Assembly: GCF_006345805.1 (NCBI RefSeq)
Contig: NC_043002.1
Coordinates: 6,138,001-6,202,000, forward strand
Source: Octopus sinensis
Lineage: Eukaryota
Direction of reading: 5' to 3'
DNA length: 64,000 bases
Shown here: piece by piece, positions 54,714 through 64,000 of the stretch
Numbering within the stretch: position 1 is the first letter of the stretch
Layout: the number at the start of each line of letters is the position of its first letter
Notes under the pieces: generated by a model
Told to the model about the DNA's origin: nothing
The model's input: the letters and a program-made list of their open reading frames with translations, nothing else
Databases searched by the model: none
Program-made: the position numbers and the translations under genes

Positions 54714-55567
54714 CACATACACACGTATGCATCCATACATACGAGTTAAAAAAATTGCTGATTCAAGAAAATTAATCTATTGTCCGGTGTAAAAAGTATG
54801 TACAAATCTATGTTTATACGAATACATACCCTCACATGCATACACTGAATTACACATGCATACACATACAGTCTAGATATGTGAAGGAAAAACATTTGGA
54901 GTAAAAAATAATAAAAGAAACAAAGGGAAGACATATATATACATATATATACAAAAAAAAAACATAGAAACCTCTGAATACATACAGACGCACAGACGCA
55001 GAGACAAATAGAGAACACAAAGACAGACAGCATATTTAAATATCCACACCCACTTCATTCGTGATCAGACAACAGTAAGTAAATGTTTTATTGTACAAAA
55101 AAAAACAAAAAAAACAAGAAAACAAGAAAAAAATAGGTTCGCATAAAACGTCGTTTCATCAACATAGTTTCATATAATCCATTGTCTGTTTCCTACGACA
55201 GCAAAATAGATCTTTCCAGAAGAATGACCAGAGCTCAATGGCTGGTTTTCTGCTTTACTGAACTCCATAGTATAGCACACAAAAACTCACACAGATACAC
55301 GTATACATCGGCGAATACAGAAACGCATAGGAAGGAGATATACTGAAGATTGTGTGTGTGTGTGTGTGTGAGTGTGTGTATGTGCGTACGTAAACACGCA
55401 CGCAGCAAGACTCACAAGCACATATGTCCTTTGTACGCATATGATAAAAAAGATTTTGTACCAACGTATATATATGCATACATTCACATGTAAGTATGTA
55501 TATATATACGTATACATATACATACACACACATATATACATACATACATACATAATATATCATATAC

Positions 55568-55630
<63 letters not shown>

Positions 55631-55857
55631 AACATATATATATATATGTGTATGTATGTATGTATACACATATGCATACACCCTTGCACACATTCACATA
55701 TTATTGTGTGCGTGTTCTGTGGACATATGTTCTGAGGTCGCATTTGATTCCGTGTCTAATGAAACAAACTGTCATAAAATTCCTATTTCTTTTACACATA
55801 CATACACACGTACGCGCGCTCGTGTGTATGAATGAACGTATATATCGTTCATTGAGA

Positions 55858-55952
<95 letters not shown>

Positions 55953-56100
55953 ATATATACACATATAATGTACTTGTGTGTTTCTGTCATCCACTGACAA
56001 AAGATTGCAATATATCATTTGAAACAAATGTAGAAGATATATTTCCTTTGCGCGGCGAATAACATAATTCCTCCATGTTGATTGGTTTTCAATTAAATCT

Positions 56101-56200
56101 NNNNNNNNNNNNNNNNNNNNNNNNNNNNNNNNNNNNNNNNNNNNNNNNNNNNNNNNNNNNNNNNNNNNNNNNNNNNNNNNNNNNNNNNNNNNNNNNNNNN
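56101..56200. other. Assembly gap (100 N)
   Basis: Run of N. Confidence 1.
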
Positions 56201-56349
56201 CTGTCTATATACACATACATACAAATATGTATATATACATATAACTATATAAGTATACATACTTACGTATATGTATATATACATATATATATATGTGTGT
56301 GTGTGTGTATGTGAATCTATATGTAAATATATGTACATGTATATACACA

Positions 56350-56765
56350 TCGGGACCTGAACTATGTCTAAAAGAAACATGAACCTCTTGAAAGGTACCA
56401 CCAACGCTGCCTTCGAAATATTCTCGGTTTCAGCTGGGAAGAAGCAAGAAAATCGAAGAAGAGGAGGGAAGCAAAAGAATAGATTCCAAGATGATCTGAA
56501 AGCCAACTTCAAGAAATGTAATTCAGCATTGGTGCCGAGAACCTGGAAGAGAAATGCTCAGGATCTAGAACGCTGGAGTTCCACCTTCAAAGAGGGAGTA
56601 ACCACTTTTGAGACCAGTAGGAACTACCGAACAAGAAGAAAGGAGGAAGCGTAGAACAGATGAATATCAAATAAGAAGAGACCTTCCGTGCGGAACCACC
56701 TCTCCCATTTGTGGAAAGAACTTCCGAGCAAGAATTGGACTCATCAGTTGCCTTAGAATCTATAG
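56350..56765 (+). pseudogene. RTE (BovB-like) LINE C-terminal fragment with internal deletion
   Basis: YHQRCLRNILGFSW, RRGGKQKNRFQDDLKANFKKC, PICGKNFRARIGLISCLR. Confidence 0.85.
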
Positions 56766-56793
56766 CTTGAAGTATAGCCTCGACGATATATAT

Positions 56794-57211
56794 TCTCTCT
56801 TTACTCTTTTACTCTTTTACTTGTTTCAGTTTTGACTGCGGCCATGCTGGAGCACCACCTTTAGTCGAGCAAATCGACCCCGGGACTTATTCTTTGTAAG
56901 CCCAGTACTTATTTTATCGGTCTCTTTTACCGAACCGCTAAGTGACGGGGACGTAAACACACTAGCATCGGTTGTCAAGTAATGCTAGGGGGACAAACAC
57001 ACATACAATATATATATATATATTATATATAATATATAATATATAATATATACGACAGTCTTCTTTCAGTTTCCGTCACCAATCCACTCACAAGGCATTG
57101 GCGGCCCGGGGCTATAGCAGAAGACACGTGCCAAGATGCCACGCAGTGGGACTGAACCCGGAACCATGTGGTTGTTTAGCAAGCTACTTACCACACAGCC
57201 ACTCCTGCGCC
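56794..57211 (-). mobile_element. SINE family A
   Basis: Full-length match. Confidence 0.92.
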
Positions 57212-57232
57212 TATATATATATATATATATAT

Positions 57233-57437
57233 AGGGCAAGTTTACGAAAAGAACAAAAGACGAAGACAGGTGGTGTAACAAACAAACGATGTATTAGAAT
57301 AAACGCTCAGGAATAAAAAAGTCTTTTATGTTTCGAGCCTACGCTCTTCTACAGAAAGGGACACAGGAAAAAAAAACAAGGAGAGAAACAAGGAGAGAAA
57401 AAATTGTGTGTAGTGGCTAACGATCTATCATGGCGAC
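57233..57437 (-). mobile_element. Solo pLTR of the Penelope-like family at 58999-62150
   Basis: Aligns with 58999-59210; (TA)n on both sides. Confidence 0.85.
57321..57359 (-). ncRNA. Minimal hammerhead-like motif, A6U core
   Basis: CCUUU-CUGUAGA-A-GAGC GUAG GCUC-GAA-ACAU-A-AAAGA. Confidence 0.55.
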
Positions 57438-57490
57438 TATATATAGGTATAAGTGTAAGAAATGTGTATATATGTACATGTATGTATCTA

Positions 57491-57706
57491 GGGCGGCGAG
57501 CTGGCAGAATCGTTAGCACGCCGGGCGAAATACGTAGCCGTATTTCGTCTGCCGTTACGTTCTGGGTTCAAATTTCGCCGAGGTCGACTTTGCCTTGCAT
57601 CCTTTATGGGTCGATAAATTAAGTACCAGTTACGCACTGGGTCGATGTAATCGACTTGATCCGTTTGTCTGTTCTTGTTCGTCCCCTCTGTGGGTAGTAA
57701 AGAAAT
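57491..57706 (+). mobile_element. SINE family B
   Basis: Full-length match. Confidence 0.92.
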
Positions 57707-58092
57707 ATATATATATACATGAGCATACTCACACACAAACAAACGCACGCACACACACACACATACACACACCAGCGGCGTCTGCCGCGTGAATGCAAGG
57801 CAAGCAATGTCTATTTGATATATAAAATCGAATGCATATGAAAATTTCGATTTGAAACTAAATCACACATTTTTTTACGAGACAACAGGGAACAAGGTAC
57901 ATAGCTGCTATATTTGCCATACTTCAATCTTATGGTTCCGGATTTTAAAATTGTATTAAAAGGAGCTAGAATTAACTATTGTGAGAAAGTGTAAGACTTC
58001 ACCAAATGCATACACAGACATACACACGCACGCACGGGCGCGTGCACATACACACAGGAAACACCCATAAAATCCCACACCCCCCACACATA

Positions 58093-58910
58093 CAGGGTAT
58101 GATAGGTAAATTGCGCCATTATATATTTTTCATTTCGCGGATGCGCAATGTTTGTTTTTGATGTCGTCGACTACACAGTATTGTAGGATCAGTTGGGCTG
58201 CGTCTGTGGGAAAAACCGCACCATGACCAATTCATTCTGCCATAAATTTGGAAACTACATGCTGTACTGTTTGGCATTCACGCGGGAACCTCCAATACGA
58301 ACGTATCAGATTGTTTGGGTGTCAATCCGAGGACACGTACCGAGAGTGATAAAAATCAAACATCCAGTTAACATCATGATGTTTGAAGTGATCACTTGTG
58401 ACGATGACTTTATGCCTCCATTCATATTCCGACGCGGCCTGAGACTCAACCCGGAGGCCCACATCAAGTGCCTGCAGGTTGAAGTGTTGACATGGGTGAA
58501 GAGGGTGGCTGCTGGAAGACCGTATGTCTGGCGACAAGACTCTGCACCATGTCATACAAGCAGGAGAACCCAGTCATGGCTATCGAACAATTTCTGAGAC
58601 TACATCACCCCTAACATCTGGCCACCTATCCCCCCGAGAATGCAGCCCCCTCGATTATTATGTGTGAGGTGTAGTTGACGAATTGGCAAGGATTATGGCA
58701 GCATTCAAACAAGGAGACCGTCCAGAAGAGCTGCATGAGATTCCGACGTCGTCTGGAGGCTATGGTTGAAGCCAGGATCAATTTTATTGAATGAATTTAC
58801 TCTTTGGTATTTCAAGGTATTTTCATGCAATTTTGATAAATATATCTGTTAAATTGAGATGTCACGGTCATTTTCATTTTTGCGCAGTTTAGACTACAGT
58901 TTATTCACCG
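58093..58910 (+). mobile_element. Internally deleted maT/DD37D-like mariner
   Basis: Starts TA|CAGGGT; HPVNIMMF.VIT, WRQDSAPCHT...WPP...PLDYYV with 37 residues between the aspartates after correcting a +1 frameshift. Confidence 0.8.
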
Positions 58911-58942
58911 TATATATATATATATATAATATATAATATGTA

Positions 58943-59000
<58 letters not shown>

Positions 59001-59092
59001 CGGGAAGCTTTATGAAAATAGACAAAAGACGAAGGCAGGTGGAAAACAAATACAATTGTATTAGTATGGCGCTCAGGAAATAAATAAAACAA

Positions 59093-59132
59093 GTCTTTAA
59101 CGTTTCGAGCCTACGCTCTTCAACAGAAAGAT
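59093..59132 (-). ncRNA. Minimal hammerhead-like motif, A6U core, in the 3' pLTR
   Basis: UCUUU-CUGUUGA-A-GAGC GUAG GCUC-GAA-ACGU-U-AAAGA. Confidence 0.65.
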
Positions 59133-59329
59133 ACACAGAGAGAAAAAAAAAACACAGAAAGAAGGAGAGAAAAAAAATGCGTGCAGTAACTAACGAATCA
59201 ACATGGCGATCTGATTTCGGCCAGAGGTCAAAGATCAAACAAGGACGCAGAGCGAAATAGGGGAGATAATAGGGTTGATAATAGGGTTGAATGACCAGCT
59301 ATTAGTGCGTAGGAGAAGTCTGGACGTGT

Positions 59330-59960
59330 GTATAGTATTCATTATGTATTAGTACTGGTATAAGGGGTGTGTGTGTGTGTGTGTTGTGTGTGTATGAGGA
59401 GTATTAGTGCATAGGATAGGTCTGGACGTGCGTATGTATGGGGTTGGTGTATGTATTAGTATGTTATTAGTATGTATTAGTACGTATTAGTATGTATAAG
59501 TGTGGTGTGTGTGTGTATGAGAGAGTATAAGTGCGTATGGAGGGGTCTGGCGTGTGTATGTATAGGGTTGGTGTATGTATTAGTATGTATTAGTATGTAT
59601 TAGTACGTATTAGTATGTATTAGTTGGTGTATGTATTAGTATGGCACATCATATATGATGTGATGTGTAAAGTCGTGTGTGTAGTGAGGAAAGAGGGGGG
59701 AGGGGAGAAGAGGGGGAGGAGAAGGGGGAGGAGAGGAGGGGACGGGGAGGGGGGAGAGAGAGGAGGGGAGGGGGGAGGAAGGAGGAAAGAGGGGAGAGGG
59801 GGAGAGAGAAGGGGAGTGAGGGAGCAGAGGGAAGACGGAAGGAGGGAGGGAGAAAGAGGAAAGAAGGGAAGGGGAGTAGGGGTGAAAGGATGAAGGACTG
59901 AAGAAGTAGGGGTCGGGGGAAGATAGGTGAGGAGGGGGGAGAGGGGGTTAGATGAGGAGG
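59330..59960. repeat. (GTATTA)n minisatellite and G-rich polypurine tract in the PLE 3' UTR
   Basis: Read directly from the sequence. Confidence 0.85.
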
Positions 59961-62163
59961 GGGGAGAGTTTGAGACCAAATGGCGTATAAGAGCGAAGAG
60001 AGAAGATTAATTCCTGTTCACGGGCGCAAACGGGAATCCGGATGGCCTCTGTGTAAGGACAAACCGAACACAGATAAGTGTTGCAAGGAGTGACCGGTGG
60101 GAGCGGAAATGGCGTGAGAACCGGTGTGTCGTTCGCAAGGTGGATGTCACGAAGGTGTTCCGCGAACCGGTCAGCCAAGCGGCGTCCCGTTTTTCCGATG
60201 TACAAGGAATGGCAGAGAGCAAGAGATGCAATAGATAATATTGCTGGAGGTGCAGGTGAAGGAGTGGATGATGGGATAGGGTCGATGGTGGGTGCTAGGG
60301 AGGAGGGTGGTGTTGGAGAGGTAAGGGCAAGTGCGGCAACGTGGGCGGGAGCAGGGGAACGAGCCGGGTTGGGAGTTAGGGTCAGGGAAGGAGCTATGGC
60401 CAAAAGGTCTCGAAGGTTGTGGGCTCGTTTGAAAGAGGGGAGGGTCGGTTAGGGAAGAGGTGTGAAGTGGACGGTTCGGACTGAGATGACGGAAAGCTTG
60501 AAGAATGGTGCGTTGGAGACGTAGGGTCGTGGTGGTAAGTGAGGGGAAAAGGGAGGCGGGAGACTACAGGGCGGGTTCGGGGAGAGAGAGCAGATACACG
60601 GTCCACGGACCGTGCTCTGGCAAGGGCGGTGTGGATAGTGGTGAGGGGGTATCCACGTAGGGTGAAGTGGTGAGCCATACGTTGAGACTGAGTCTCAAAG
60701 TCATGGTCGTCACTACAGAGCCTACGTAGACGGAGGAAATTGGGAATAGGGGATGGAAAGCTTGGTGTTTTGGGTGGGAGGAAGAGAAGTTGAGGTATGA
60801 GTGTGAGTCTGTGTGTTTGTAGTGAATGGAGGTGGTAAGAGTGGAGTGAAGAATGCTAACCGAAATGTCGAGAAGGAGACAGAGGTGTTGGAGATAGTGG
60901 AAGTGAAATGGAGGCTGGATGGAAGATTGGACGAAAGAGAGTAAGGAATCTAGATGTTCACGGGGAGAGTGAGGGTGGCACCGATAATGTCGTCAATGTA
61001 ACGACCATATAGTTCAGGAGTGGGACCAGTGAAATTAGAGAATATTTGGGCCTCACATAGCCAACAACAGGTTCGCATGTTTGGGGCCCATTCGCGTTCC
61101 CATGGCCACTCCCGAGACCTGATGGTAGAACTCGCCCGCGAACGAGAAGCAGTTCAGAGTAAGGACAAGTTCGGCCAGACGAATGAGTGTGGAGGTGTCA
61201 GGTACAGGGTTAGAGCGGAGGTCAAGAAAGTGTCGAAGGGCCTGCAGTCCTTCGTGGTGAGGGATAACAGTATAGAGGCTTTGGATGTCCATAGTAAAAG
61301 GATTTTGGAGGAGCCGGGAGGAAGGAGAAAGAGTTGAAAAGCCGGAGAGCATGGTTGGTATCGTGGATGTGGGAGGGAAGAGATGCCACTAGGGGGGCCA
61401 GGACACGGTCGAGGTATTTAGAGATGAGCTCCGTGGGGCAGTTACAGGCGGAGACGATGGGGCGGCCAGGGTTGTTGGGTTTGGATTTTGGGGAGGAAGT
61501 AAATGGTGGGGGTACGTGGGGTTCGCACAATTAGGTTGGATGCGGTGCGGGGGAGACGGGAGGACGAGATGAGGTCGCAGACAGTAGAGGTTACCGTCTG
61601 TTGGTAGCTACGTGTGGGGTTAGAGGGCAGAGGGGAATAGAAGGAGTGTCATTGAGTTGGCGGAAAGCCTCGGCCCTATAGAGATCCGCGCGCCACACCA
61701 CTACAGCTCCACCCTTGTCAGCCGGTTTGATGATAATGTCAGCGCGCCGTTGGAGGGAACGAAGAGCCAAGAGCTCAGCCGGGGATGTTGAGGCGGCGTT
61801 GGCGCCTGAGAAGTTGAACCGCTCCAATGCACGCTGACAGCGCCCGCGAAAAGATCCACTGCTAGGATCTGGCCAGGGGCAGGCGTCCACGGGGATGGTC
61901 GGCGGCCCAGGCCTGAAGCAGTCTCATTCGTTGGTTGTGGGTGACGAGTCGTGGTAATGCGCACCCAACCGGACACGGCGCACAAAGCTGTGGACATCAA
62001 CTCGCGTCTGGATTCCTTACAGGATGGAGTGAGGGGGATGAAACGCAGACCCCTACCAAGGACGGAGCGTTCAGCCGCAGAGAGGGGAAAGCGTGGGGAA
62101 TGGTAACAACAGACGGAAGTGGAGAAGGGGTGGGTGGAATAGAATAGGAGGGTATATATATAT

Positions 62164-62238
<75 letters not shown>

Positions 62239-62254
62239 ATAATATATATATAAA

Positions 62255-62430
62255 GTTAATCCAATCAAGAAAGCACAAAAAACACAATAACGCGAGGACG
62301 TGGAACAAATATAGTATTTACTGGACGCTCAAGAAAGAAGGAGGGTTTAAACGTTCGAGCGGAGCTGTTTTCGGAACATAGAAGGAAAATCCAGAGAAGG
62401 GAAGACAGAGGAAAAAATCGCCAACGGTAT
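62255..62430 (-). mobile_element. pLTR-like module of a sister Penelope family, decayed hammerhead
   Basis: Distant homology to 58999-59140; GUU-CCGAAAA-CAGC UCC GCUC-GAACGUUU-AAAC. Confidence 0.65.
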
Positions 62431-62434
62431 ATAC

Positions 62435-62516
<82 letters not shown>

Positions 62517-63068
62517 TAAATATTATTGCAATACAATAGTATTATTTAGATAGAAATAGTGAACTAACAAGGCACCAATGTTTGCTGGAAATAGCAGTCG
62601 ACAACTGTACTATATAAAGCTATATAAAGCTTCACTGAATGTATACTGGCAAAGATGAGTGCGGGCAACGAATATAAAAAAAAAGTTTCGTCTTACGTCT
62701 AGTAAGAACACTGTATAGATGGACAACCTAGAGTGGATAATCTAGTACTCGAATTTCGGATTTTATTAAATACGTCTTTATCGTAAATTCGGTTAGTCCT
62801 CATCAGCTAGATCCACCGGAAATGAAATTTTGATACATTCGTTACATCAATGGCAGTATACTCAGCTGAACGCCTGGCCGTAAACAGAACCAAGATCAGT
62901 GAAAATGTTTTATAGAAAAATTACAAATATTATTGCAATGCAATAGTATTCTTTTCCAGCTAAACAAAGCAACGTAAACGTAGAATTATAAATAGAAATA
63001 GGTTGTCCATCTATCCGGTGTTCTTACTAGAGGTAAGGCGAAAATGTTTTTATATTCGTTGCCCGCGC

Positions 63069-63105
<37 letters not shown>

Positions 63106-63126
63106 TCTCTCTCTCTCTCTCTCTCA

Positions 63127-63165
<39 letters not shown>

Positions 63166-64000
63166 CATTAGTATATATTCATTTAGAGATAGTAGGCCCT
63201 TTCATCTGACCATATAAAAGAATTTTAAATACTTACTACTTTATAATTTGGCTACACGTGTTTCTTGAGGTACATTTCCCGGTTCCTAAACCACTCCGTG
63301 TTTTGCTGGAGCCATTCTTAAAATTTAACCCCAATCATCAGGCCCTTATATCACTTTCTCATAGTTCAATACTATAAAAACTATATTTTAATTTTTTAAA
63401 CAAATAAGTATGTGTAAAATAGGTTCGTCGGACCCTACTGTACAAGCCATAATTTAATTCAAATAAAAAGTTACAACAATAAAATTTTAAAAATGTATAC
63501 ATATGTATACATACACACACATACACATACACACAGCTGTTGTTGCTTAAGCTTAGATCAGCTCTAATCAAGCAGAATTATTGAATAAAGGCATTCTAAC
63601 CCTGAAAATCCAATTGTTTTGGGTATTATTACTGGTACCCAATTATTTTATATGTCCTCCTTCGTTTTTATAAAAAATGTGAGGAGAGTTGTTTTATTTT
63701 ATGGAGACTCAGTTGCTTTTTCTAGCCGGCCATGCGACCACGTGGAGGCTTCCTCGTTAGCTTGATAGTTTTTTTCTTATTGAAGTTATTTTTGTTGATG
63801 TCATTATGGCTTATCTCTGGCTTTTTGTTTATATTGTAAAAACAATGTTTCGGTCGATATACATTCCAGTTGGTGCTAAAAGGTCTCAATCCTGGTGTGT
63901 ATATATTTATGAGCGCATACATATTTTCTTCTAAAATAAACTATGTATGAATGTATGTATGTTTGTATGTATATGTAATAAACATAAACACATGTACGCC

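Larger units (their letters stand above)
58999..62150 (-). mobile_element. Penelope-like retroelement (Neptune-like), near full-length, frameshifted
   Basis: RT motifs KPADKGGAVVVW, PGRPIVS, TMDIQSLYT, GVAMGT, YGRYIDDI, FLDI; GIY-YIG region YIGKTGRRLADRFAEH; long 3' UTR and pLTR; (TA)n at both ends. Confidence 0.93.

Noticed and set aside
55985-56040. Hammerhead-like CTGACAA...GAAACAAATGTA
   Set aside because: The core and stems are too degenerate to support from one copy.

Overview
AT-rich, microsatellite-saturated animal DNA. The SINE families and composition suggest an octopus or other cephalopod (inference). No host gene can be identified with confidence; there is one candidate terminal exon at 43859-44025 (-). 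Nearly all ORFs in the supplied track are simple-repeat artefacts. The window is mostly mobile DNA: four tRNA-headed SINE families, a near full-length frameshifted Penelope-like element (RT + GIY-YIG), a Chapaev3-type transposase pseudogene, R4/Dong-like RLE LINE stubs, Tx1, RTE, maT/mariner and Helitron fragments, and Merlin-like and mariner MITEs. The most interesting signal is a set of 100-350 bp modules sitting in (TA)n tracts. They look like Penelope pseudo-LTRs, are often arranged as head-to-head foldbacks, and carry minimal hammerhead-ribozyme-like folds with non-canonical cores (GUGAACA = C3G/G8C swap, CUGUUGA/CUGUAGA = A6U, CCGAUGA/CCGAAGA = U4C). In one foldback the junction falls at the predicted cleavage site. 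All folds were read by eye and none has been tested.
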